A DNA stretch of 63,114 nt from assembly GCA_947643285.1 (NCBI GenBank), contig CANRVK010000001.1, positions 1 through 63,114 of the forward strand, in the 5' to 3' direction. Within the stretch, counting starts at the first letter, position 1. The number at the start of each line of letters is the position of its first letter. Both the position numbers and the translations under genes were made by a program. This stretch comes from an uncultured Eubacteriaceae bacterium (GTDB taxonomy: Bacteria > Bacillota > Clostridia > Lachnospirales > Lachnospiraceae). Shown here piece by piece: positions 46,275 through 56,205 of this stretch. The notes under the pieces are model-generated. The model worked only from the letters and a program-made list of their open reading frames with translations. It had not been told where the DNA came from and did no database searches.

Positions 46275-49200
46275 ATGAGCAGGGTAAAAAGAGTTTATGT
46301 AGAGAAGAAAAAAGCATATGCTGTAAAAGCAAAAGAACTATTAGAAGAAATTGGAAGTTATTTAGGAATTAAAACTGTGACAGGTATGCGGGAATTAATC
46401 TGCTATGATATTGAGAATATTTCAGAAGAAATCTATAAAAGAGCATGTAATACCGTTTTTTCAGAACCACCTGTAGATGAATTATACGAGGAAGAGTTTC
46501 CAGTGAATGAAAAAGAACAGGTATTTTCTGTGGAATTTCTTCCGGGACAATTTGATCAGAGAGCGGATTCCGCCGTACAATGTGTGAAATTTCTAAAGGA
46601 AGATGAAGAACCTATCATCAAAACAGCAGTTACTTATGTGATAGAGGGAAATATTTCGGAAGAAGAATTGGCTCGCATTAAAAATTATTGTATTAATCCC
46701 GTAGATTCCAGAGAAAAAGAGATGAAAAAACCGGAAACATTAGTCACTGTTTTTCCAGAACCTGCAGATGTCTTAATTTTTGAAGATTTTATAGATAAGT
46801 CAGAAGAAAAGCTAAAAGAATTATATTTATCATTAAATTTGGCTATGACATTCAAGGATTTTTTGCATATACAGAATTATTTTAAAAACGAGGAGAAAAG
46901 AAATCCATCTATGACAGAAATCAGAGTATTGGATACTTACTGGTCTGATCATTGTCGGCATACCACATTCTCCACAGAGTTAAAAAATATTATATTTGAA
47001 GACGGATTTTATCAAAAACCTTTAAAAGAAACTTATGAGCAATATTTATCAGATAGAAAGGAAATCTTTGGAGAAAGAGAAGATAAATTTGTATGTTTGA
47101 TGGATTTAGCGTTGATGGCGATGCGGAAATTAAAAAAAGAGGGCAAATTAGAGGATCAAGAAGAATCAGAAGAGATTAACGCTTGTAGTATTGTAGTTCC
47201 TGTAGAAATTGATGGAAAAGTAGAAGAGTGGCTAGTGAATTTTAAAAATGAAACACATAATCATCCAACAGAAATTGAACCATTCGGCGGCGCTGCTACT
47301 TGTTTAGGAGGAGCGATTCGCGATCCTTTGTCAGGTCGTACTTATGTATATCAGGCGATGCGTGTGACAGGAGCAGCAGACCCTACGGTTTCTGTAAAGG
47401 ACACCATGAAAGGAAAACTGCCTCAGAAGAAATTAGTGCGAGGAGCGGCAAATGGATATAGCTCTTATGGAAATCAGATTGGATTAGCGACCGGATATGT
47501 GAAAGAGATCTATCACCCTAATTATGTAGCTAAAAGAATGGAAATCGGAGCGGTCATGGGAGCTGCACCTAGAAAGAGTGTGATTCGGGAGAGTTCTGAT
47601 CCGGGAGATATTATCATCTTACTAGGCGGAAGAACAGGGCGTGATGGCTGTGGCGGTGCGACAGGTTCTTCTAAAGCACATACAGAGAGTTCGATTGAAA
47701 CTTGTGGTGCAGAAGTACAAAAAGGAAATGCCCCTACAGAAAGAAAGATACAGCGTCTTTTCCGCAGGGAAGAAGTGAGCCGCCTCATCAAGAAATGTAA
47801 TGATTTCGGAGCAGGCGGCGTATCGGTTGCGATTGGAGAATTGGCAGATGGGCTTAAGATAGATTTAGATAAAGTACCAAAAAAATATGCAGGTTTAGAT
47901 GGAACAGAAATCGCTATCTCGGAATCACAGGAGCGTATGGCTGTTGTGGTAGATAAAAAAGATGTGAAAGCATTTTTAGATTATGCGAAGGAAGAGAACT
48001 TAGAAGCAGTAGAAGTCGCAGTGGTGACAGAAGAACCTCGATTGATTTTAAATTGGAGAGGAAAAGAGATTGTGAATATTTCCAGAGCATTTTTAAATAC
48101 CAATGGAGCACATCAGGAAACAGATGTGATCGTTCAGATGCCAGAAGAACAGCCAGACTATCTGAAAAAACCAGAGGTTTCTGATGTAAAAGAAAAATGG
48201 CTTTCCACTCTGTCAGATTTGAATGTATGTTCTCAAAAAGGATTAGTAGAAATGTTCGATAGCTCTATCGGCGCAGGGTCAGTTTATATGCCATATGGAG
48301 GAAAATATCAGCTCACAGAAGTTCAGACAATGGTCGCAAAGCTTCCTGTTTTAAATGGAAAAACAGAAACCGTGACCATGATGAGTTATGGATTTGATCC
48401 TTATTTATCTAGTTGGAGTCCTTATCATGGAGCTATTTACGCTGTTTTAGAATCGATTGCAAAGATTGTGGCAGCAGGTGGAGATTATAAGAAAATTCGT
48501 TTCACCTTCCAAGAATATTTCCGCAGAATGACAGAAGATCCGACTCGCTATAGCCAGCCATTTTCTGCTCTGCTCGGAGCATATCGCGCGCAATTAGAAT
48601 TTGGTCTGCCTTCTATCGGCGGAAAAGACAGCATGTCTGGAACTTTTAATGAGATTGATGTGCCTCCTACCTTAGTTTCTTTTGCGGTAGATGTGGCGAA
48701 GTATCCAGAACTCATCACACCAGAATTAAAAACGCCGGGAAATGTGCTGGTAAAATTTGAAATACCAAAAGATTCTTATCAGCTTCCAGTATTTCCACAA
48801 GTGCAAAAGTTATATGAAGGAATACAAAAGGCAATAAAAGAGAAAGCGATTCTATCTGCCTATGTGTTAGATGCCAAAGGCGTTGCCGCTGCTATCAGCA
48901 AAATGGCATTTGGAAATCAGTTAGGAGTGAGAATAGAAGAAGATGTGAAGTCACAGGATCTGTTTTCGCCAGAGTTTGGAGCTATCATTGCAGAAGTTCC
49001 AGTAGATAAATTAGAACTGATTTCTGTACCATATCAGAAAATAGCAACTGTGATAAAGGAAAAAGAGTTCATTTATAAAGATGTAGTAATTTCCATAGAA
49101 GAAGCATTAAACGCATGGACAAAAACATTAGAAAAAGTATTTCCAACAAAAGGAACAGATGATAAAACACCGATAGAATCTTCTTTATATCAAGCAGATA

Positions 49201-50027
49201 AGATTCATATCTGTAAGAATAAAATAGCGAAACCACGAGTATTTATTCCTGTATTTCCGGGGACGAACTGTGAATATGACAGCCAAAAGGCATTTGAACG
49301 CGCAAACGCAGAGGTGCATGTTCAGGTATTTAAAAATCAAACAGCACAGGATATCCGAGAATCCGTAGAAGTATTTGAGAAAGAAATTAATCAGGCACAG
49401 ATTATCATGTTCCCGGGTGGATTCAGCGCAGGAGATGAACCAGACGGTTCTGCGAAATTCTTTGCCACTGCATTTCAAAATGCGAAATTAGCGGAAGCAG
49501 TACAGAAGCTATTAAAAGAAAGAGATGGATTAGCACTCGGAATCTGTAATGGTTTTCAAGCGCTGATTAAATTAGGGTTAGTTCCTTATGGAGAGATTAT
49601 AGGACAAAAAGAAGATTCTCCTACTCTTACCTTTAATACCATTAATCGCCATATTTCAAAGATGGTATCTATCAAAGTGGTATCAAATCTGTCTCCTTGG
49701 CTTCAAAAGGCGAAATTAGGAGGAATTTATACCAATCCAGCTTCTCATGGGGAAGGGCGTTTCGTAGCACCTAAAGAATGGATAAAGAAATTATTTGAAA
49801 ATGGACAAGTAGCGACTCAATACTGTGATTTAGAGGGCAATCTATCTATGGACGAAGAGTGGAATATCAATGGATCTTATGCTGCAATAGAAGGTATTAC
49901 CAGTCCAGATGGAAGAATTTTTGGAAAAATGGCACATTCCGAAAGAAGAGATGATTCTGTCGCTATAAATATCTATGGAGAACAGGATTTACAGATATTT
50001 GAATCTGGTGTGGAATATTTTAAATAA
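46275..50027 (+). CDS. purL: Phosphoribosylformylglycinamidine synthase, single-chain large form
   Basis: 1250 aa with FGAM-synthase AIRS-like domains (ETHNHPTEIEPFGGAATCLGGAIRD) and a C-terminal glutamine amidotransferase (GICNGFQAL, HGEGRF). Confidence 0.9.
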   Translation: MSRVKRVYVEKKKAYAVKAKELLEEIGSYLGIKTVTGMRELICYDIENISEEIYKRACNTVFSEPPVDELYEEEFPVNEKEQVFSVEFLPGQFDQRADSAVQCVKFLKEDEEPIIKTAVTYVIEGNISEEELARIKNYCINPVDSREKEMKKPETLVTVFPEPADVLIFEDFIDKSEEKLKELYLSLNLAMTFKDFLHIQNYFKNEEKRNPSMTEIRVLDTYWSDHCRHTTFSTELKNIIFEDGFYQKPLKETYEQYLSDRKEIFGEREDKFVCLMDLALMAMRKLKKEGKLEDQEESEEINACSIVVPVEIDGKVEEWLVNFKNETHNHPTEIEPFGGAATCLGGAIRDPLSGRTYVYQAMRVTGAADPTVSVKDTMKGKLPQKKLVRGAANGYSSYGNQIGLATGYVKEIYHPNYVAKRMEIGAVMGAAPRKSVIRESSDPGDIIILLGGRTGRDGCGGATGSSKAHTESSIETCGAEVQKGNAPTERKIQRLFRREEVSRLIKKCNDFGAGGVSVAIGELADGLKIDLDKVPKKYAGLDGTEIAISESQERMAVVVDKKDVKAFLDYAKEENLEAVEVAVVTEEPRLILNWRGKEIVNISRAFLNTNGAHQETDVIVQMPEEQPDYLKKPEVSDVKEKWLSTLSDLNVCSQKGLVEMFDSSIGAGSVYMPYGGKYQLTEVQTMVAKLPVLNGKTETVTMMSYGFDPYLSSWSPYHGAIYAVLESIAKIVAAGGDYKKIRFTFQEYFRRMTEDPTRYSQPFSALLGAYRAQLEFGLPSIGGKDSMSGTFNEIDVPPTLVSFAVDVAKYPELITPELKTPGNVLVKFEIPKDSYQLPVFPQVQKLYEGIQKAIKEKAILSAYVLDAKGVAAAISKMAFGNQLGVRIEEDVKSQDLFSPEFGAIIAEVPVDKLELISVPYQKIATVIKEKEFIYKDVVISIEEALNAWTKTLEKVFPTKGTDDKTPIESSLYQADKIHICKNKIAKPRVFIPVFPGTNCEYDSQKAFERANAEVHVQVFKNQTAQDIRESVEVFEKEINQAQIIMFPGGFSAGDEPDGSAKFFATAFQNAKLAEAVQKLLKERDGLALGICNGFQALIKLGLVPYGEIIGQKEDSPTLTFNTINRHISKMVSIKVVSNLSPWLQKAKLGGIYTNPASHGEGRFVAPKEWIKKLFENGQVATQYCDLEGNLSMDEEWNINGSYAAIEGITSPDGRIFGKMAHSERRDDSVAINIYGEQDLQIFESGVEYFK

Positions 50028-50086
50028 AAAGGGAGTTATAGATACTCTTTTAGATTTAAGATATAGTGAAATGATTGTATGATGTA

Positions 50087-50274
50087 TAGGGGGAAGGGGT
50101 TGGCGAAAGGTTCGCTCCAGAAAGACCCTATTCCAACGAAACCGCGCTCTCGCTCCGTTCCAGACGTAGTGGACACTAAATTCGCAAATCCCGCTTCTTG
50201 CGGGTTTGCTCATTAAGTGCCAACGTCTTCCAAGGGGTTTCTTTTGGAATAGGGTCTTTCCTCCGCTAGTTTTC
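50087..50274 (+). repeat. Structured palindromic element, copy 6
   Basis: TAGGGGGAAGGGGTTGGCGAAAGGTTCGCTCCAGAAAGACCCTATTCCAACGAAACCGCGCTCTCGCTCCGTTCCAGACGTAGTGGACACTAAATTCGCAAAT-CCCGCttctTGCGGG-TTTGCTCATTAAGTGCCAACGTCTTCCAAGGGGTTTCTTTTGGAATAGGGTCTTTCCTCCGCTAGTTTT. Confidence 0.9.
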
Positions 50275-50428
50275 CTCTCTTGTTTGTCACATAAGCAGGG
50301 GTACATTTGGCAACGGTGAGTGAAGACAGTTCATCTTGAACATTGACAAGGGGTTGACTTTGTTACTGTTAAAATGCAGGAAAATGTTAAGAATATTTGC
50401 ATACAAGTGATATAGTATATCAGAGAAA

Positions 50429-50914
50429 ATGCGAAAGGAAATTGCGGAGATGAACTTTTTAGTTGAATTAAAAAAGATTACTCGGGAAAATATAGATGAA
50501 GTTCTTGCATTGAAAGTTTCTGCAGAACAAGATAATTTCGTAGAGAATACAGCACGTAGTTTAGCAAAGGCGTGGGTATATAAAAATACCGCTTTTCCTT
50601 TTGCTATATATGTACACAACACAATAGTTGGTTTTATAATGTTAGGTTATTATGAGTTGAAGAACCAATATACTGTTTGGCAATTTTTGATTGATGAGCG
50701 ATATCAACATAAAGGATATGGAAAAGTCGCTTTGAGATTAGGAATACAATTTTTGATAGATGAATTTAACATTAATGAAGTTTATCTTGGAGTAAAGTTT
50801 GAAAATATTGTAGCAAAAAAACTATACTCCTCTTATGGTTTTGTCGAAACCGGTGAAACAACGGATACTGCACTTGAAATGAAGCTTATTATTAGTGAAA
50901 AAATGACGAAATAA
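50429..50914 (+). CDS. GNAT-family N-acetyltransferase
   Basis: The acetyl-CoA-binding pattern QFLIDERYQHKGYGKVAL is present. The protein is 154-161 aa depending on the start (50429 or 50450). Confidence 0.75.
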   Translation: MRKEIAEMNFLVELKKITRENIDEVLALKVSAEQDNFVENTARSLAKAWVYKNTAFPFAIYVHNTIVGFIMLGYYELKNQYTVWQFLIDERYQHKGYGKVALRLGIQFLIDEFNINEVYLGVKFENIVAKKLYSSYGFVETGETTDTALEMKLIISEKMTK

Positions 50915-50943
50915 CAGTTGTAATACAGATCTTTTCAGTTTTT

Positions 50944-51140
50944 TTAGAATAGACGATAAACTAGCAAAGGCAAAGAAGGAATTCCAAAAGAAACCCCTTG
51001 GAAGACGTTGGTACTTAATGAGCAGTCCTGTTAAGGGCTGCGAATTTAGTATCCGCTACGTCTGGAACGGAGCGAGAGCGCGGTTTCGTTGGAATCCTTC
51101 TTTGCCTTTGCGAACCTTTCGTCAAAGTGTTCTCTTAACT
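50944..51140 (-). repeat. Structured palindromic element, copy 7
   Basis: TTAGAATAGACGATAAACTAGCAAAGGCAAAGAAGGAATTCCAAAAGAAACCCCTTGGAAGACGTTGGTACTTAATGAGCAGTCCTgttaAGGGCTGCGAATTTAGTATCCGCTACGTCTGGAACGGAGCGAGAGCGCGGTTTCGTTGGAATCCTTCTTTGCCTTTGCGAACCTTTCGTCAAAGTGTTCTC. Confidence 0.9.
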
Positions 51141-51405
51141 TTTCACTATCTTATCTCTTTCGATTTATGCTTATAGGATTTATAGCTAATCATTTGTTTT
51201 ATAAGAAATTTTTCTATTATAATTAATTTATTTGACAAAAATTCTTATAAAAATATTATGATTTTAATGTTATCTTTAAAAGAATATAGAATCATTTTAT
51301 AAAGGGGGAAATAAAAAATTATGAAAGATCTAGGGGAAGTGAGAGAGGTCTTTTTAAAACATGATTATAAGGAACGAAGAGCAAAGGAAGTAGAAGGGTT
51401 TATTA

Positions 51406-51879
51406 ATGAGTATAAATAAAACAAATTATAAATCGTATCATAAAATAATTGTTTTCTCACTTGTTTTAATTATTTTATTCGGCTTAATCATAGGACAAAA
51501 AGAGAGTTCTGAGGAAAAATATGATTTTTTTGGAACTTGGCGTATTGAAAAGGTGGCATTAACTTCAGAGATGTATACAGGGACAACCTTAGATGGGGTT
51601 CGAGAAGAGGATTTGTATGATTCAGAAGATTATCTTGGGTATGAATTAGAATATTCTTCTAAAATTTTTCGGCTAGGAGATGCAAAATATAAAAATCCAA
51701 ATTATGTTATAACAGATATAACAATAAAGAGTTTTGATGATGGAGTAGAATTTGAAGAAGAGATAGCATATAAAAAATATAATTTTGTTCCAGTAGGAAC
51801 ACAATGTGTATTATTGAATCATGATATTATGCTTATAGGATTGTGGGGAAAGGTTCTTATAGCATATAGAGTGAAATAG
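51406..51879 (+). CDS. Hypothetical membrane-anchored protein
   Basis: 157 aa with an N-terminal hydrophobic anchor (IIVFSLVLIILFGLII). No family was recognised. A possible 32-codon upstream ORF (51321-51419, RBS AAGGGGGA) overlaps its start. Confidence 0.45.
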   Translation: MSINKTNYKSYHKIIVFSLVLIILFGLIIGQKESSEEKYDFFGTWRIEKVALTSEMYTGTTLDGVREEDLYDSEDYLGYELEYSSKIFRLGDAKYKNPNYVITDITIKSFDDGVEFEEEIAYKKYNFVPVGTQCVLLNHDIMLIGLWGKVLIAYRVK

Positions 51880-52008
51880 AGAGTATTTATTATACTATTT
51901 ATTTCTTGGTAAATGATGTAGAAGATAAGGCAATTATATGCGGTATTCCATGATTCTAATAAAATGAAATAACATAATTAGAACTTTAAATAAGGAAAGT
52001 AAAAATAG

Positions 52009-53346
52009 ATGAAAAAAATAAACTATGTTTTAATATTATGTATAATAATTCTATTTTTCATAGGTTTAAGTTTTGTCTATGATAAAGTTTCTGAAGAGGT
52101 AGAAAAAGAAATTATAAAAGAGTCTACTTTTGAAGAAAAAGCAATACCAAAAATAGTAGATATTATTATAACTAACAATTATTATGTTGCTCTTTGTGAA
52201 GATGGAACGGTGTGGAGTTGGAATATTAATCAGAAAACTGAGAATGTTCAGAAAGTATGTCTGTTAAAAGATATCATTAAGATTATGGAAGTGGGAACGG
52301 AAGAGGTTACAATATATGCTCTTTCAAAAGATGGATTTATCTATGCGTGGGGAAGTAATAAAGGGTTATTCATTACTACAGAAGAGGATTCTGATAAAAT
52401 ATTTTATGAACCAGTTAAGTTAAAGGGACTATCAGATATTATAGAAATAGATGCTAATAATGGAAAAGCGTTTGCATTGGATAGAAATGGTACATTTTAT
52501 GTATGGGGAGTATCTCTATATTGGAATGATGTAGAAGACTTAAAACCGGGATTTCCTCAAGAAAAAAAGAACTTGGTTGAGGGAGTAAAAGTTTTAGTTG
52601 CTGGTGCTGGGGAATATAATTATTTTATTCGAGAGGATAAAAGTATTTTTTCAATTATGGAAGCAAGCTTACTTGATTCACGGCATATATATCCTTATAT
52701 TTTTCCAAAATTTGAAAAAAAAGGGTATGAAACCAACAAAAATTTTACAAATTCCATATTTTTATTAGAAAATGCTATTTCTTTAAGTCAAGGGTCAAAA
52801 TTGGGTTTGACGGTTTTACATGAACTTGGAATCTGTGATAATATTGAGAAGATAGGGGCAGATGGATATACTATATTTATATATAGGGAAGATAATACTC
52901 TTTGGTATTGGAATAGTGATAGAATTATATATCATGATAATATAGCTGCTCTTGCAAACCCTGAAACCGCTCTTATTAATTATAGTGGCAGTTTTGAAAA
53001 AATTGATTTTGAAAATGTGTTAGGAAATGAGAGAAGTAATAGTACTTTGAAGATTGTAGATATTTGTGCAGGATTAGAAAATGTGCTATTTTTAACAAGT
53101 GATGGGCAAGTTTTTATGAGCGAATATAAAACAAGTGAAATACGAGATATTGAGTATTATAATACAACAAATACAAACATAAACCGAACAGAAGTTACAA
53201 GTGTTATTTCAGATATGCATTTAAAAGAACTAATTTTTAGAAAATTAGATTTTCAAGAAATTATTAGTATTAACACAGATGGTAATTTTTGTTTTTCTCT
53301 TGTAAATGAAAAAGGGGAGTATTTTTGTTTGAATTTAATAAAATAA
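52009..53346 (+). CDS. Membrane-anchored protein with RCC1/BLIP-II-like beta-propeller repeats
   Basis: It has an N-terminal TM segment (YVLILCIIILFFIGLSFVY). Repeated motifs ALCEDGTVWSWN, ALSKDGFIYAWGSN, ALDRNGTFYVWG and FLTSDGQVFM are present. Confidence 0.5.
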   Translation: MKKINYVLILCIIILFFIGLSFVYDKVSEEVEKEIIKESTFEEKAIPKIVDIIITNNYYVALCEDGTVWSWNINQKTENVQKVCLLKDIIKIMEVGTEEVTIYALSKDGFIYAWGSNKGLFITTEEDSDKIFYEPVKLKGLSDIIEIDANNGKAFALDRNGTFYVWGVSLYWNDVEDLKPGFPQEKKNLVEGVKVLVAGAGEYNYFIREDKSIFSIMEASLLDSRHIYPYIFPKFEKKGYETNKNFTNSIFLLENAISLSQGSKLGLTVLHELGICDNIEKIGADGYTIFIYREDNTLWYWNSDRIIYHDNIAALANPETALINYSGSFEKIDFENVLGNERSNSTLKIVDICAGLENVLFLTSDGQVFMSEYKTSEIRDIEYYNTTNTNINRTEVTSVISDMHLKELIFRKLDFQEIISINTDGNFCFSLVNEKGEYFCLNLIK

Positions 53347-53397
53347 AAATATAACAATAGAGAGTATTTATCATACTCTCTATTCCCTTTTTTATAC

Positions 53398-54261
53398 TTA
53401 ACGCTTTTCACCCATAAAAAAGAGGGCGATTGTACCCGGACCGGAATGAGCGCCGATGGTAGGAGAAACATAATGAATGAGAATATTTTCTATTCCGAAA
53501 CGCTCTTTGACTAGATTCCCCACATATTGCGCATCTTCATAAGAATCTCCATGACTGATAAAAACAATGTCATTTTCATATCCTTCGATTTGTTCTGCCA
53601 TTCTGTCTACTAGAGCATGAAGAGATTTTTTCCTGCCGCGTACATTGAAGAGAGGAATCAAATGTCCTTCATCATCTACATGTAAAATAGGTTTTACATT
53701 GACTAATGTCCCTAAAATAGCCGTTGTTTTAGAAACTCTTCCTCCTCTGTGCAGATGAAATAAATCATTTACAGTAAAATTATGGCACAGGTGAAGTTTA
53801 TTTTCTTCTAACCATTGAACGGTTTCTTCTATTGAAGCACCTTTATCACGCAGAGAAGCGGCTTTATGAACCAAAAGACCTTCTCCTAAAGAAGCACATA
53901 AAGAATCTACTACATATATTACTGCATCAGGATAGCTTTCTTTTAATTCATTTACCGCTAGAATCGCATTAGAATAGCTGCTGCTAAGACCAGAGGAAAA
54001 TGCAATATGAAGAATAGCTTTTCCTTGTTTCATATATTTCATAAAAAGTGATTTCACATCTTCTGGATTGCAAGCATTTGTAGTAGGCATAAGACCATTT
54101 CGCATCTTATTATAAAAATCCTTCGGAGTGAGATTTTGCTCGCCACCATAATGAATACCGTCTAAAACATAGTAAAGTGGAATGATATCAATATGATGTT
54201 CTTTTAAATATTGCTCTGGTAAATCACTGGTGGTATCTGTTGTAATAATAAATGAATCCAT
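53398..54261 (-). CDS. DegV-family fatty-acid-binding protein
   Basis: 287 aa with the N-terminus FIITTDTTSDLP and overall DegV-like layout. Confidence 0.8.
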   Translation of the reverse strand: MDSFIITTDTTSDLPEQYLKEHHIDIIPLYYVLDGIHYGGEQNLTPKDFYNKMRNGLMPTTNACNPEDVKSLFMKYMKQGKAILHIAFSSGLSSSYSNAILAVNELKESYPDAVIYVVDSLCASLGEGLLVHKAASLRDKGASIEETVQWLEENKLHLCHNFTVNDLFHLHRGGRVSKTTAILGTLVNVKPILHVDDEGHLIPLFNVRGRKKSLHALVDRMAEQIEGYENDIVFISHGDSYEDAQYVGNLVKERFGIENILIHYVSPTIGAHSGPGTIALFFMGEKR

Positions 54262-54454
54262 AAAATATCTCTCCTTTTAAAATAATCTATGAAAAATTAT
54301 TTCGTTTAATCCTATGTAAACAATAATTCTAATAATTAGCTCCTTTCTTTTCCTTTTAAATTGGAATTTAAGCTATATTATAACACCTACATAAAAAATA
54401 ATCTATATTTATCTATTCTTAACAGCACGGATAGTTACAGTTCAGCCTATTTGG

Positions 54455-54655
54455 ACATCAAAGGTTCGCTCCGGCAAGGAAGTATTCCAACGAAACCGCG
54501 CTCTCGCTCCGTTCCAAACGTAGCGGTACTAAATTCGCAGCCCCTAACAGGACTGCTCATTAAGTGCCAACGTCTTCCAAGGGGTTTCTTTTGGAATATT
54601 TCCTTGCCTTCGCTAGTCTGTTAACGGTTCTACTCTGTGAAAAGCGAATTTCACC
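54455..54655 (+). repeat. Structured palindromic element, copy 8
   Basis: CATCAAAGGTTCGCTCCGGCAAGGAAGTATTCCAACGAAACCGCGCTCTCGCTCCGTTCCAAACGTAGCGGTACTAAATTCGCAGCCCCTAACAGGACTGCTCATTAAGTGCCAACGTCTTCCAAGGGGTTTCTTTTGGAATATTTCCTTGCCTTCGCTAGTCTGTTAACGGTTCTACTCTGTGAAAAGCGAAT. Confidence 0.9.
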
Positions 54656-54711
54656 ATAACAAATAAAATAAAAAGACGGAACTGTTACCACGGATAAGTA
54701 AATTTTATTAG

Positions 54712-55443
54712 TTATAGAGTTTGTATTTTCAATTTATATGTTTTAATTATATCCAATGTGTTTGTGCTTAATTTTTCGTTATCTTTCGTGTTTATATACA
54801 AATCATAATTATCAGCAGTTTCTACTTTACAAAAAGAGGTTGCAGAATAATCAAATGGATTACTACTATTTGTAATAATTCCAGAATAAATAGCCTCTTC
54901 TTTCATTGCATATAAGATTTCATCGATATCATTTGGCATATACCAAATATTTGTAAAATCCACTTTATTTATTCCTTCTTCATCTAGACAATAATTATTA
55001 TGATAAATAATTCGTTTATTGATAAAATTTTTTCGATAGGGCGATTCACTGCCATATGCAATATTCATAATGATATCTTTTATTTTGTCAACAAAGTTAT
55101 CATGATACATATGAAAACAATTATCTACCAGATTTTTATAATATTCATCTGCTTGACTTATACCGAGTGGTTGCATATACTGTAACAGTTTATTTTTTAT
55201 TAAAAAGTTTATGATCAATAATTTTATCTGTAGATGTTCTTCAAGACTTAATCCAATTGTATCATTACAGTATCCTTCAAAATATTCTTCTTTTAAATCA
55301 CTATAAGATTCTTTTGACAGTTCATGTATTTTTGTATCACAACGATAAAAAACTAAGGATTCGTTTTTTTTTCTAATACTATCTAATATATTATACTCTT
55401 TATCTAAACTTATAAATCCAACATCTTTTATTATATATTTCAT
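54712..55443 (-). CDS. Hypothetical protein, no recognisable family, in a visibly more AT-rich segment
   Basis: A 243-aa ORF, the only long ORF between repeat copies 8 and 9. An RBS-like AGGGAGA lies upstream of the ATG. Confidence 0.45.
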   Translation of the reverse strand: MKYIIKDVGFISLDKEYNILDSIRKKNESLVFYRCDTKIHELSKESYSDLKEEYFEGYCNDTIGLSLEEHLQIKLLIINFLIKNKLLQYMQPLGISQADEYYKNLVDNCFHMYHDNFVDKIKDIIMNIAYGSESPYRKNFINKRIIYHNNYCLDEEGINKVDFTNIWYMPNDIDEILYAMKEEAIYSGIITNSSNPFDYSATSFCKVETADNYDLYINTKDNEKLSTNTLDIIKTYKLKIQTL

Positions 55444-55850
55444 AGTAATCTCCCTTCTAGTACTAAACAGAACAAATAATAATAATAAACAACTTCTTAA
55501 AAGCTATTTAAGATAATTTATACCATTATATCATCTTAGAATATAATTGTATTTATAAATTATATTTATAAGTCTATATTAACCCCTAAAATAGTAAAGA
55601 ATATTTGTAAACTTACTATATGAATAAAAATGTTCTAGGACAGTTTTACTATCTACTTTAAATCCTTTATCAATTCTTTCTATTTTATTCCCATTACTAT
55701 CATAAACATCTGATACTCTCTTTTCAGCTCCTCTTTTATTCTTATCTTATTATTGTCTTAAAACTTCTTCCTATCCGTTTTCTTCTAATCATTGATTTTT
55801 TTTTCAAAAGATTTCCAATCTCTTGTTTTAGAAATATATTTATTGGGAAA

Positions 55851-56052
55851 GATTCACTTTCCACAGATTAGAACAGCCGACAAGCTAGCGGAGGCAAGGA
55901 AGTATTCCAAAAGAAACCCCTTGGAAGACGTTGGTACTTAATGAGCAGCTCCATAAGGAGTTGCGAATTTAGTACCGCTACGTCTGGAACGGAGCGAGAG
56001 CGCGGTTTCGTTGGAATACTTCCTTGCCGTAGCGTTTCCTTTGGTCTTCAAA
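55851..56052 (-). repeat. Structured palindromic element, copy 9
   Basis: GATTCACTTTCCACAGATTAGAACAGCCGACAAGCTAGCGGAGGCAAGGAAGTATTCCAAAAGAAACCCCTTGGAAGACGTTGGTACTTAATGAGCAG-CTCCataaGGAG-TTGCGAATTTAGTACCGCTACGTCTGGAACGGAGCGAGAGCGCGGTTTCGTTGGAATACTTCCTTGCCGTAGCG. Confidence 0.9.
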
Positions 56053-56205
56053 CAAAATTAAATTTAGCAGGAAAAGAACAGATAAAAATAAAATAATAAA
56101 ATCATTTCTTTACTAAGGGTGTAATATGAGTTATGATAGAATATGACAGGACTGGAAGTTTAAGGTAAACGAAAAAGTTATTATGCAAAAAAAGGGAGGA
56201 TTTTT

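Noticed and set aside
55579-55746. Minus-strand open frame lacking a start codon that reads ...RVSDVYDSNGNKIERIDKGF..., reminiscent of an RHS/YD repeat, just upstream of the orphan 243-aa gene.
   Set aside because: It contains a single YD-like motif in about 55 codons of AT-rich sequence, which is too little to distinguish from chance. It would matter only if homology search showed an RHS/toxin C-terminal remnant, which would make the downstream gene an orphan immunity candidate.
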